Origin: Nitrospirota bacterium
Lineage (GTDB): Bacteria; Nitrospirota; Nitrospiria; SBBL01; JAADHI01
Assembly: GCA_029261165.1 (NCBI GenBank)
Contig: JAJDBV010000068.1
Location: forward strand, 5-64,004
Reading direction: 5' to 3'
DNA: 64,000 nt
The notes under the pieces were generated by a model that ran no database searches, had not been told where the DNA came from, and saw nothing but the letters and a program-made list of their open reading frames with translations. The position numbers and the translations under genes are program-made. How positions within the stretch are numbered: the stretch's first letter is position 1; each line of letters opens with the position of its first letter. This document shows, in pieces, positions 27,624-36,498 of this stretch.

Positions 27624-28733
27624 TCAAGCCTTTAACAAGGGGGAAGATCCTTCCTTTTCTTTGTGCATCCTAAATAAGAGCGGTTCATAATCCTTGGGGT
27701 CGTCGAGAAAAAAAACCTCGATCTGCAACACCCAGATTTCCAGATCCAAGGGTAAGAAGGGTTTTATCTTGGCGGCATCTTTTTCAGTCGTCACCACTCT
27801 TTCGGCACCACTCAGAGCAATCTGCCTCTCTATCTTCAAAAAATCAGATTCTACATAGGGGTGATGGTCCCCAAAAAACATTTCTCCTCTTACCTGAGCC
27901 CCCAGTCCGCTCAAAGATCTCACAAAGGCCCCAGGGTTTCCAATACCACACACACACAGGATAGGATAATCTTTCACATCAGAAACAGCATATCTTGATC
28001 CTGTATTTAAATGAATAAATCCGGTTGCCTGAAATGTACTCTGAAGTACTCGGCAACCTGAACGCGCCATATCGCGACGCGATTCCTCAAAATCAAGGCC
28101 CATATCAGCGCGTGTAAAGATGACCAAATCTGCCCGTCGAATCGCTGAAAGCGGCTCCCGCAAAGGACCCCGCGGGAGCAGGCGGCAATTCCCATACGGG
28201 TTGGAGGCATCAACAACAAGAATATTCATATCACGCTGAAGTCGGAGGTGTTGAAACGCATCATCAAGAAGAATCACATCGACCTTAAAATTTTTAATCA
28301 GCCACTGACAGCCTTCAAAACGGTCGACCGAAACAACGATGGGAACACCTTTCAGGCGTTCCGCCATCAGGGCGGGCTCATCTCCAACGGCAGAAACTGT
28401 TTCGCATATTTTAGAACCATCCGACACCAACACGACAGAACGTTTGTCTTCTCTTCGGTAACCCCGGCTGACAATCCCGACTGAGTATCCCTTTTTCTTC
28501 CACTCCTTCGCCAGGTAAATTGTTAAGGGGGTCTTGCCTGTTCCCCCTACAGTCAGGTTTCCAATACTGATGACAAACGCGTCCACCTCTCTCTGTGCAA
28601 GGATTCCCTTTTCGTAAAGAAACACGCGTATCCGGACAACAAGCCCATATAGCCACCCAAGCAAGGTCAGAGGCAAAAATATCGCATCGAACACAACACC
28701 TTTTTGGATCCAGATCCATTTCAAGAACCGCAC
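27624..28733 (-). CDS. lpxK: Tetraacyldisaccharide 4'-kinase
   Basis: P-loop GNLTVGGTGKTP, SRGYRR, DDAFQH. Confidence 0.9.
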   Translation of the reverse strand: MRFLKWIWIQKGVVFDAIFLPLTLLGWLYGLVVRIRVFLYEKGILAQREVDAFVISIGNLTVGGTGKTPLTIYLAKEWKKKGYSVGIVSRGYRREDKRSVVLVSDGSKICETVSAVGDEPALMAERLKGVPIVVSVDRFEGCQWLIKNFKVDVILLDDAFQHLRLQRDMNILVVDASNPYGNCRLLPRGPLREPLSAIRRADLVIFTRADMGLDFEESRRDMARSGCRVLQSTFQATGFIHLNTGSRYAVSDVKDYPILCVCGIGNPGAFVRSLSGLGAQVRGEMFFGDHHPYVESDFLKIERQIALSGAERVVTTEKDAAKIKPFLPLDLEIWVLQIEVFFLDDPKDYEPLLFRMHKEKEGSSPLLKA

Positions 28734-28783
28734 CGCCTCAGACCGCGTCTCCGGATCAAAGAAGAAGACCCTCTCATAAGGTT

Positions 28784-30175
28784 TTAGACCCCTTTTTCCT
28801 GGTTGACCCGATCAACCCATTTTGATATCTGATCCAGATTTCTCCCGACCGCACCAAGGTTATTCCGGACAACAAGATAGGCACTTTCTCCTTTTTTTTC
28901 ATACTCTTCCGGATGCCGCATCAACCAGGCCATCTTTTCTCCCAAGGACTTCCCATCACGCACGGAAATTCCACCCCCACTTCTCTCTAATTGATCAGCA
29001 ATTTCCTGAAAATTTGCCATGTGGGGTCCAAAAAATACCGGCTTATGACACGCGGCGACTTCAAGGACATTATGTCCGCCCACGGGCACCAGACTGCCGC
29101 CGACAAAAATAAGATCAGCAACAGGGTAATAACGATCTAGTTCTCCCAGGGTATCAAGGAGAATAATTTCCAGTTTTTCTGTACCAAGACGTATCCTGGA
29201 ATCATCCATCCTTGTTTTTCGAATGCACCGATACCCCTCTACAGTAATGAGTTCTTCCACCCGTGACACACGCTCCAAATGACGTGGAGCGATCAAAAGA
29301 ACAGGCGATGAGACCGAACCAGCGATTGCCTCATAGGCCTCCAGAATGACCTTTTCCTCTCCCTCATGAGTACTCCCGGCAATCATGAATATTTCGCCCT
29401 TCCGGAGTCCCAGCTCTGCGCGTATCTCTTCATTCATTGCACCACGATCACCAGCCCTGCTTCCGATACGGACTGAAACGGCTTGATCGTATTTCATATT
29501 TCCAGTCCTTACAACACGGTCAGGTGGCGCTCCCATTTCAATGATCCTCTCGACATCTCCATCGGTCTGCATCAAAAAAAGAACAACCATACTCAACACG
29601 TGCCGTAAGAAAAACCGCACCACCCGGTACCGCCGGAAACTTCTCAGGGAAATTCGGCCATTCAACATGATCGCAGGAACATCCTTTTCCGAAAGGGCGA
29701 GGAGGCAGTTTGGCCAAACCTCCGTCTCAAAAAAAATGAAAAGCGTCGGTGAGATCCGACGAACAATGGACCGCGTCACCCAGACCAAATCGAAAGGGAA
29801 ATAGAAAAACAGGTCGATTCCCTGAAGACGTCGGCGGGCTGCCGCCTGACCGGTCGGGGTCACTGTTGAGAAGACGATGGCCGCATCAGGATACTTCTCC
29901 CGAAGGGATTGAATCAACAATCCTGACGAAATCACTTCTCCAACAGAAACAGCATGGATCCAGAAAACTCTTTTTCCTTGGAGCCGACTAAAAAACCCTC
30001 GCGGATATAAGCCGAAACGTTGAGCAACACCGAAGCGGTAAGAAGGATGAAGCGTGATCCGTACAAGAAGAACAAGAAGACTAAAAGGTAAAAGTAGAAG
30101 CCAGAGTACCTGGTAAAGGACATAATAAAACAACTTGCCCCTATTCTTGCGACGCACTAAATGGCCTTCCCCCAT
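28784..30175 (-). CDS. waaA: Kdo transferase
   Basis: WIHAVSVGEV, GGSLVPVGGHNVLE. Start placed at ATG 30173-75 (GAGGG Shine-Dalgarno); the track ORF starts at TTG 30235. Confidence 0.9.
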   Translation of the reverse strand: MGEGHLVRRKNRGKLFYYVLYQVLWLLLLPFSLLVLLVRITLHPSYRFGVAQRFGLYPRGFFSRLQGKRVFWIHAVSVGEVISSGLLIQSLREKYPDAAIVFSTVTPTGQAAARRRLQGIDLFFYFPFDLVWVTRSIVRRISPTLFIFFETEVWPNCLLALSEKDVPAIMLNGRISLRSFRRYRVVRFFLRHVLSMVVLFLMQTDGDVERIIEMGAPPDRVVRTGNMKYDQAVSVRIGSRAGDRGAMNEEIRAELGLRKGEIFMIAGSTHEGEEKVILEAYEAIAGSVSSPVLLIAPRHLERVSRVEELITVEGYRCIRKTRMDDSRIRLGTEKLEIILLDTLGELDRYYPVADLIFVGGSLVPVGGHNVLEVAACHKPVFFGPHMANFQEIADQLERSGGGISVRDGKSLGEKMAWLMRHPEEYEKKGESAYLVVRNNLGAVGRNLDQISKWVDRVNQEKGV

Positions 30176-30241
30176 TGAACCCTCAGTACAGATCCTTATA
30201 CTGGACACGCCCCGGCGTGAGACATTGGCTCCCAAAGAAGG

Positions 30242-32011
30242 TCATACATGCTCGACACCCGGCGTGCTCTCACCTACCCCCTCCTCTGCATCCCAGAACT
30301 GCATTCGGTAAACCTTTTTGTATGGTCCATCTCTTCGAATCAATTCTTCATGCCGACCCATCTCTACAATTCGGCCATGATCAACAACAAGAATACAGGT
30401 CGCTTTCTGGATGGTTGAAAGACGGTGTGCGATCACAAAAGTGGTTCGATGTTTCATGAGACCGGCCAGCGCCTTTCGGACCATAAACTCTGATTCAGAA
30501 TCCAGGGCGGAGGTTGCCTCATCCAGGATCAGGATCGGGGGATCTTTCAGAAGCGCACGGGCAATCGCAAGACGTTGCCGCTCTCCTCCTGACAGATTTA
30601 CACCGGCCTTCTCGATCACCGTATCATATCCTAAGGGCATTTTACGGATGAAAGCATCGGCATAGGCCGCTTCGGCTGCCGCGATGACTTTATCCTCTGA
30701 CACCTCTCCCATACCGTAAGCAATATTCCACCGAATAGTATCATCAAAAAGAACAATCTCCTGACTGACGATTCCAATCTGGCTCCGTAGGGAAAGAAGC
30801 GTTACTTCCTGAGTCGAAATATTATCTATGAGTATCGCGCCCTGATGAACATCATAAAATCGGGGAATCATGTTCACCAGGGTCGACTTCCCCGCGCCGC
30901 TACTCCCCACCAAGGCGATAATGTCTCCCGGATTTGCCTTCAGGTTTATCTTTGAGAGTGCAGGAGACGTTACCCCATCATAAGAAAATGAAACATCCTG
31001 AAACTCGACAGCGCCCTGCACGCTCGGCAATGTTCGCTTTCCATCGTCCAGGTCCCTTTCGTTCTTTAGATCCCATATCGTAAAGATTCTCTCCGCCGCC
31101 GCAATCGCCTGCTGCAATACATTGTTAGCTGAACTGAGGCCCTTAATCGGGCCATACATTAACATCGTCGCCGTCATAAAGGAAAAGAATGTCCCCGGCG
31201 TCATCGTCTCCCGCATGACCTGGGAACCGCCATACCAGATAATCGCCGCGACACCGAGGCTTGAGATCGTTTCCATCAGCGGGGAAGCCAATCCAGAAAT
31301 AGAGATGGAACGCATCACAGCCTTAAAATAATTCATGTTCTTTTTTGAAAATCGTTCAGCTTCAAAGTCTTCCCGGCCAAACCCCTTCACAATACGTATT
31401 CCCGAAAAAGTTTCCTGAAGAACATTGGTCAAATCCGCAATCTTTTCCTGGCCGATAGACGCAACTTTTCGGAGCCTCTTTCCCAGTCGAACCAGTGGAT
31501 AGGCCATGAGGGGCATCACCAGAACCGCAATACAGGCCAGCCGCCAGTTTTGATAGAACACCACAATGCATAAGGCAATCAAGGTCAGCAACTGCTGAAC
31601 AATACTTTTCACCACCGTTGAGACCGCCATCTGAATCATTCCCACATCATTTACAACGGTTGACATGAGCTGTCCCGTTGAGTTTTTTGCATGATAGCCA
31701 ACTGGCAGCAAGATGATATGGTGATAAAACTCTTTCCGAATATCTGCTACAACGCGATTCCCGACATATTGCATCAAGTAGGCTTGCCCATAAAAGAAAA
31801 TCCCCTTTAGGAGCGCGACTAAAAAAAGCACTGCCGGAATCACCATCAACATATCGGTATCCTTCTTGATGAAAAGATCATCCATCACCGGCCGGACCAG
31901 CCATGCATACGCGGCAGTCATGACTGAAACCATTAAGGCACAAAAAATTGCCCCGAAGAATTGAAGGCGATACGGTTTCAGATAGACGATCAGGCGGAAA
32001 TAGAGTTTCAT
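30242..32011 (-). CDS. msbA: Lipid A export ABC transporter (permease/ATPase)
   Basis: Six-TM N-domain, Walker A GSSGAGKST, signature LSGGERQR, Walker B ILILDEATS. 589 aa. Confidence 0.9.
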   Translation of the reverse strand: MKLYFRLIVYLKPYRLQFFGAIFCALMVSVMTAAYAWLVRPVMDDLFIKKDTDMLMVIPAVLFLVALLKGIFFYGQAYLMQYVGNRVVADIRKEFYHHIILLPVGYHAKNSTGQLMSTVVNDVGMIQMAVSTVVKSIVQQLLTLIALCIVVFYQNWRLACIAVLVMPLMAYPLVRLGKRLRKVASIGQEKIADLTNVLQETFSGIRIVKGFGREDFEAERFSKKNMNYFKAVMRSISISGLASPLMETISSLGVAAIIWYGGSQVMRETMTPGTFFSFMTATMLMYGPIKGLSSANNVLQQAIAAAERIFTIWDLKNERDLDDGKRTLPSVQGAVEFQDVSFSYDGVTSPALSKINLKANPGDIIALVGSSGAGKSTLVNMIPRFYDVHQGAILIDNISTQEVTLLSLRSQIGIVSQEIVLFDDTIRWNIAYGMGEVSEDKVIAAAEAAYADAFIRKMPLGYDTVIEKAGVNLSGGERQRLAIARALLKDPPILILDEATSALDSESEFMVRKALAGLMKHRTTFVIAHRLSTIQKATCILVVDHGRIVEMGRHEELIRRDGPYKKVYRMQFWDAEEGVGESTPGVEHV

Positions 32012-33306
32012 GCCAATCTTCTTCCTTTTTCTGAAACCCGGTCTTCAGAGGGTAAGTCAAGATCCTGAAGCCCCGCCTTAAAGGTCATCGATTTTTCCAA
32101 AATCTGATATATCACGGAAGCGGCCCGTTTCGATGCCCCGGCGGTACCCAGACGCTTCGCCACTGCCTTCAACCCCTGCCTCATCTTTTCATGTTCAATT
32201 TTGTCCTTTAAAAGGCGGCCAAGCTCTCCGGCGATGTTCTCAGGAGTAACATTGGATTGGATCAATTCAGGGATGAAGGGCTTTGCTGCCACAATGTTTG
32301 CCAAACCAGCCCATTTCAATGGGATCAGCAATCTCGCAATCTGATAGGTAATCCATGAGAGCTTGTAAATAATCACCATCGGTGTCCCGGCCAAAGCACC
32401 CTGCAGTGTCGCTGTTCCCGATACCACAACAACGATTTGAGAGGCACGCATCACTTCATAGACCTCTCCTCTGACACATCGGACGGGGAGAGGGGAGGAT
32501 CGCACAAGTTCTTCAATGAGTCCCTGAGGAAGCGAAGAAGCAACAGGGATCAGGACCTGCAAGCCTGGGAAGTTCTTGGCCAGTAAGGCCATCCCCTCAA
32601 GCATGACGGGCAGATGGGAAAGCACCTCACGCTTACGACTCCCAGGCAGGAGACCCACTGTTAATGCAAGTGGATCAAGCCCTTTTTCCGAAAGGTAGTC
32701 TTTCTTCTGAGACGCTTCCGCCGACGGAGTTTCTGCAGAAAAAGGTATTCCCTTCTGAAGCACTTCATCAAGGAGCGGATGCCCGACAAATTCGCAGGGG
32801 ATATTTTCAGACGCGTATAACTCTTTTTCAAAAGGAAGAATGACCAGCATTTGATCAACGCGTTCAGCGATAGTTTTTATGCGTCCTGAACGCCAAGCCC
32901 ATATCTGTGGGCTGACGTAGTAAACCACAGGAATCCCCAACTGCTTCGCCGATTTTGCCAACCGTAAATTAAAGTCGGGATAATCAATCAAGACCAGGAG
33001 ATCGACCTTTTCTTTCAAGAGACGACAGGCCGTCCGATAAGCCTGGATGAGGGTCTTCAGGTGGAACAAAACTTCCGATAAGCCCACGACGGCTAGTTGT
33101 TCAATATCAAAAAAAACATCCACGCCCGCCTGGCGCATCGCATCCCCGCCAAAACCGATGAGTTGAAGAGAGGGGTTTTTCTCAAGCAAGGCACGGGCCA
33201 AAGCCCCGCCGTGAAGATCTCCCGATGCTTCTCCGGCCACAATCATCACGCGGGGTGCTTTCACATCCGGATCTCTTCCCTGAATATTCGCGATGCCGCT
33301 TTTCAT
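32008..33306 (-). CDS. lpxB: Lipid-A-disaccharide synthase
   Basis: VMIVAGEASGDLHGG..., YVSPQIWAWR. 4-nt overlap with the msbA start. Confidence 0.9.
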   Translation of the reverse strand: MKSGIANIQGRDPDVKAPRVMIVAGEASGDLHGGALARALLEKNPSLQLIGFGGDAMRQAGVDVFFDIEQLAVVGLSEVLFHLKTLIQAYRTACRLLKEKVDLLVLIDYPDFNLRLAKSAKQLGIPVVYYVSPQIWAWRSGRIKTIAERVDQMLVILPFEKELYASENIPCEFVGHPLLDEVLQKGIPFSAETPSAEASQKKDYLSEKGLDPLALTVGLLPGSRKREVLSHLPVMLEGMALLAKNFPGLQVLIPVASSLPQGLIEELVRSSPLPVRCVRGEVYEVMRASQIVVVVSGTATLQGALAGTPMVIIYKLSWITYQIARLLIPLKWAGLANIVAAKPFIPELIQSNVTPENIAGELGRLLKDKIEHEKMRQGLKAVAKRLGTAGASKRAASVIYQILEKSMTFKAGLQDLDLPSEDRVSEKGRRLA

Positions 33307-33354
33307 CCAACAAAACCCTCTTTGTAACTATTCAGCAAGCCACTGTTTTGGCTT

Positions 33355-33468
33355 CGCGAGACCCATCCTTCAGGGCGAGGCGCGAAGTGTGCAGAACCCG
33401 GAACCGATGGTTGATACGTGAGGATTCGAGCACCACAGCAACGCCGCCATAGAGGGATGGGTCTCGCG
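33355..33468. repeat. Intergenic structured element, copy A (14-bp long-range inverted repeat enclosing 86 nt)
   Basis: CGCGAGACCCATCC (33355-68) and GGATGGGTCTCGCG (33455-68) are perfect reverse complements. The interior, including a 42-nt core at 33414-33455, recurs at 56796-56892. Confidence 0.8.
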
Positions 33469-33474
33469 TCAGCC

Positions 33475-33507
33475 AAAGAGGGGTATGCTGTATAGTTACC
33501 CCTCTTT
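33475..33507. terminator. 11-bp stem-loop overlapping the oxidoreductase stop codon, A/U-tracts on both sides
   Basis: AAAGAGGGGTA-(11 nt)-TACCCCTCTTT followed by TT on the plus strand. On the minus strand the stem ends in UUU only. The TAA stop (33496-98) lies inside the stem. Confidence 0.45.
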
Positions 33508-34440
33508 TTGGATCAGCTCAACAATACGAAGGGAAACCTCGAGTGCTTTTCGGCCAGCCTCCCCTGATACCTTCGGGACACTTCGGGTCTGGACAGCATG
33601 GAGAAAGGCCTCAATCTCTGCCTTCAAAGGCTCCTCTTTTTCAACCTGGATTTTGTCCACGCTCACCTTCGGGAGTTCCCCCTCCCGAAAAATACGCTTG
33701 CCAATGATCAACTCCTGATTCATATAATCAAGAGAAAGATAGGAATCGGCCTCAAAGATTCTGATTTTGCGCAGTTTCTCCATGGAAACGCGGCTGGCGG
33801 TCACATTGGCCACGCAGCCGTTTTCAAACGCAAGCCGGACATTGGCGATATCAATCTGAGGCGAGAGGACCGGCACGCCCACGGCACGAATTTCGACAAT
33901 CTCAGAAGGAACCAGGGATAAAATAATGTCAATGTCATGAATCATTAGGTCAAGAATAACATGGACATCGGTTCCCCGGGCGGCAAAAGGCCCCATCCGG
34001 TGACACTCGATAAAATGGGCCTGCGTCAGCGACTCTCTCAGTTTTTTAACCCCGGAATTAAATTGCTCGATATGCCCCACCTGGAGTATCCGACCGGTTT
34101 GCGCCGCGAGGTCAAGGAGCTGGTCGGCCTCCTCGACCGTCGAAGTCATCGGCTTTTCTAGAAGGAGATCAATTCCATGCTCAAGAAGGTTTTTGGAAAC
34201 CTCACAATGCGCCTCCGTCGGGACAACAATACTCGCCACATCCACCTTCCCGGACAAAGACGCCAGGTCAGGAAAGACCTCACATTGATACTTTGACGCA
34301 ATATCTTTCGCTTGCTCCGTATTCAGGTCAGCAACACCGACCAGTTCAACCTCATCCAGCTCTGAATAAATCCGTGCGTGATGTCGACCGAGAGATCCGA
34401 CACCAACAACGGCTGCCCTTAATTTTTTCTTTTCTCCCAT
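33496..34440 (-). CDS. Gfo/Idh/MocA-family NAD(P)-dependent oxidoreductase (GnnA candidate)
   Basis: Rossmann N-terminus LRAAVVGVGSLGRHHARIY, EKP motif (LLLEKPM). 314 aa, embedded between lpxI and lpxB. Confidence 0.8.
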   Translation of the reverse strand: MGEKKKLRAAVVGVGSLGRHHARIYSELDEVELVGVADLNTEQAKDIASKYQCEVFPDLASLSGKVDVASIVVPTEAHCEVSKNLLEHGIDLLLEKPMTSTVEEADQLLDLAAQTGRILQVGHIEQFNSGVKKLRESLTQAHFIECHRMGPFAARGTDVHVILDLMIHDIDIILSLVPSEIVEIRAVGVPVLSPQIDIANVRLAFENGCVANVTASRVSMEKLRKIRIFEADSYLSLDYMNQELIIGKRIFREGELPKVSVDKIQVEKEEPLKAEIEAFLHAVQTRSVPKVSGEAGRKALEVSLRIVELIQKEG

Positions 34441-34452
34441 AAAGCCCTTTCC

Positions 34453-35298
34453 TCACTTAAATGACGTGTCGAGAAATCCGACCACGGCGATACCCGCCGC
34501 TTTGGCATCCCTTATAAATCGATCTTTCTCAAGGATAAGTGTTTTTCCGGACTCAAGTGCAAGAACAGAGGCCTTCACCTCTATCATGGATCGAATGGTT
34601 TCCGGGCCAACTGTCGGGATATCAAATCGCAGATCTTGCTGCGGCTTACAGACTTTGATCACAACTGCATTTTCCTTTCCCAGTGTTCCGCCACGGAGAA
34701 TGGTTGCATCTGTTCCTTCAATCGCCTCCACGGCAAGGATCACGCCATTCCGGACAACCACACACTGTCCGATATCGAGCAGGCCCACTTTCTTCGCAAG
34801 ACTCCAACCCCAGTGGACATCCTCTTTTTCACTTTTTTTTAATGGGCGGGTGAATTCTCCCTCCCCTGCCAGGAGGGGGGTGAGAAAAGCGGTCGCATCT
34901 TCGATGCTGATGTTCTCCCGTTCGAGTTCTCCGGCCACGGCCCTGAGCAGGGCGTCATCCTTCTTCTCTTTTAAACGCGCCAGGAGAGAAATTGCGCGTA
35001 AATCAGGCCGAACCTCAAAGATACGGGTTTTTCGGATGCCGCCCGCCATAACCGCACTTGATACCCCTGACTTTTTGAAATAGGAAATCAGTTTCCCGAT
35101 CTGGCCGACCCGAATCCACAAGATATCATCCACTTTTTCTGAAAGCGAAGGCTCTGTTTCCCCCGTGTGGGCAATGGCAACGACGGAAAGCCCTCTTTCT
35201 TTCGCAGTCTCAGCAAAAATCAGGGGGAAGACGCCGTTTCCCGCAATCAACCCAATCTTGTCCGGACTTGCCTGAACCCGAGCCGTGTTCATCGACAA
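34453..35298 (-). CDS. lpxI: UDP-2,3-diacylglucosamine hydrolase LpxI (DUF1009)
   Basis: IGLIAGNGVFPLIFAETAKERG...VMAGGIRK...LDIGQCVVVRNGVILAVEAIEGTDATI. Occupies the lpxA-lpxB position typical of LpxI. Confidence 0.85.
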   Translation of the reverse strand: MSMNTARVQASPDKIGLIAGNGVFPLIFAETAKERGLSVVAIAHTGETEPSLSEKVDDILWIRVGQIGKLISYFKKSGVSSAVMAGGIRKTRIFEVRPDLRAISLLARLKEKKDDALLRAVAGELERENISIEDATAFLTPLLAGEGEFTRPLKKSEKEDVHWGWSLAKKVGLLDIGQCVVVRNGVILAVEAIEGTDATILRGGTLGKENAVVIKVCKPQQDLRFDIPTVGPETIRSMIEVKASVLALESGKTLILEKDRFIRDAKAAGIAVVGFLDTSFK

Positions 35299-36062
35299 AT
35301 ACCTCTTTTTGCATTTTCCACAAAAGAGACCAACTCTTCAACATCAGCAATCTCAGCCCATTTACTGCGTGCCTGCTTGATGGCCTCCCTCATGGTCAAC
35401 TTTGATCGAAACAAAAGCCGATACGCCCCTTTTAAGGCGTCTATTCTTTCCCTGGAAAAATGATGCCGTTTTAAACCGACCATATTCAGACCATAAAGCT
35501 GAGTACGATTCCCAGCAACACTTACGAAGGGAGGAACATCCTGAGCAACAGCGGAACAGCCTCCAACAAGGGCGTAAGCGCCAATCTTGACAAATTGATG
35601 GACCCCGACCAATCCCCCCAGGATGGCATGATCCCCAATCGTAATATGCCCGGCCAGGGTCGCGGCATTGGCCATAACAACTTTATCTCCGACAACACAA
35701 TCATGCGCGACATGAACATAGGCCATGAAATAATTATTTTCTCCAATCACCGTTTTACCCGTTCCCTGTTCAGTCCCCCGGTTCAAAGTAACATATTCCC
35801 TAAAGGTATTATTATTCCCAATCAAAAGACGGGTCTCTCCCCCCTTGTACTTTAAATCCTGCGGTCCCATCCCGATTGAAGAGAAAGGGAAGAAGATACA
35901 ACCTTCCCCAATTTCAGTCCAGCCGTCAATGACAACATGAGAACGAATCTTCACATCCCTCCCAACACGAACATGTTCCCCGATCACAGCATAAGGACCC
36001 ACTTCAACGGTAGAATCCAGCTCGGCCTTCGGGTGAATAATTGCACTCGGATGAATTTTCAT
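35289..36062 (-). CDS. lpxA: Acyl-ACP--UDP-N-acetylglucosamine O-acyltransferase
   Basis: MKIHPSAIIHPKAELDSTVEVGPYAVIG hexapeptide helix and a C-terminal helical domain. 257 aa. Confidence 0.9.
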   Translation of the reverse strand: MKIHPSAIIHPKAELDSTVEVGPYAVIGEHVRVGRDVKIRSHVVIDGWTEIGEGCIFFPFSSIGMGPQDLKYKGGETRLLIGNNNTFREYVTLNRGTEQGTGKTVIGENNYFMAYVHVAHDCVVGDKVVMANAATLAGHITIGDHAILGGLVGVHQFVKIGAYALVGGCSAVAQDVPPFVSVAGNRTQLYGLNMVGLKRHHFSRERIDALKGAYRLLFRSKLTMREAIKQARSKWAEIADVEELVSFVENAKRGICR

Positions 36063-36496
36063 TTTCTCGATTCTCCTGGGTCCAGCATGGCCTTCATCTC
36101 CGCCTCGGCAACCAACTTGCCATCAACGTATGCCGCCCCTTTCAGACGACAAAAAGGCGGCCGCTCTTGAAGCACAGACACCTCAATCCGGAGCTGATCC
36201 CCTGGGCAGACCGGCCGTCGAAACTTGGCTTTGTCGATACCAAGCAGTATGACCAGTTTATCTTCAGACCCCTTTGCATGCTTGTACAGGACGCCGCCGA
36301 CCTGTGCCATCGACTCGATAATCAAGACCCCGGGCATAATCGGACGCCCTGGGAAATGGCCCTGAAAAAAGGGTTCATTCACAGAAACATTCTTCAGCCC
36401 GACAATCTTCTTTCCCGGATCAATCTCCAAAATTCGGTCGACCAATAGAAAAGGGTAACGATGCGGCAGTATCGCCGAAATCTCCTGAATATCCAT
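36059..36496 (-). CDS. fabZ: 3-hydroxyacyl-ACP dehydratase
   Basis: LPHRYPFLLVDRI...NEPFFQGHFPGRPIMPGVLIIE. Confidence 0.9.
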   Translation of the reverse strand: MDIQEISAILPHRYPFLLVDRILEIDPGKKIVGLKNVSVNEPFFQGHFPGRPIMPGVLIIESMAQVGGVLYKHAKGSEDKLVILLGIDKAKFRRPVCPGDQLRIEVSVLQERPPFCRLKGAAYVDGKLVAEAEMKAMLDPGESRK

Positions 36497-36498
36497 TT

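Noticed and set aside
33421-33440. A tRNA-derived (T-arm-like) origin of the repeat core, because of GGATTCGAGCA / TGCTCGAATCC.
   Set aside because: The flanking bases do not form a 5-bp T-stem in either copy, with mismatches at two or more positions. No acceptor or anticodon arm can be drawn.
33368-33450. Small peptide encoded by the repeat element: minus-strand MAALLWCSNPHVSTIGSGFCTLRASP in copy A. The plus-strand frame ...IREDSSTT... is shared by both copies.
   Set aside because: The minus-strand frame hits a stop after five codons in copy B (MAAFL*). The plus-strand frame has no start codon or Shine-Dalgarno and ends within the core in copy A. Conservation is better explained at the nucleotide or RNA level.
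7560-34840. Other homopolymer runs of 8 nt as phase-variation switches. These are T8 at 7560-67 in the phosphomannomutase gene, T8 at 20971-78 in GT4, A8 at 24373-80 in the ICMT gene and T8 at 34833-40 in lpxI.
   Set aside because: They occur equally in essential housekeeping genes and encode Phe/Lys runs. They are too short and too evenly distributed to suggest contingency loci.
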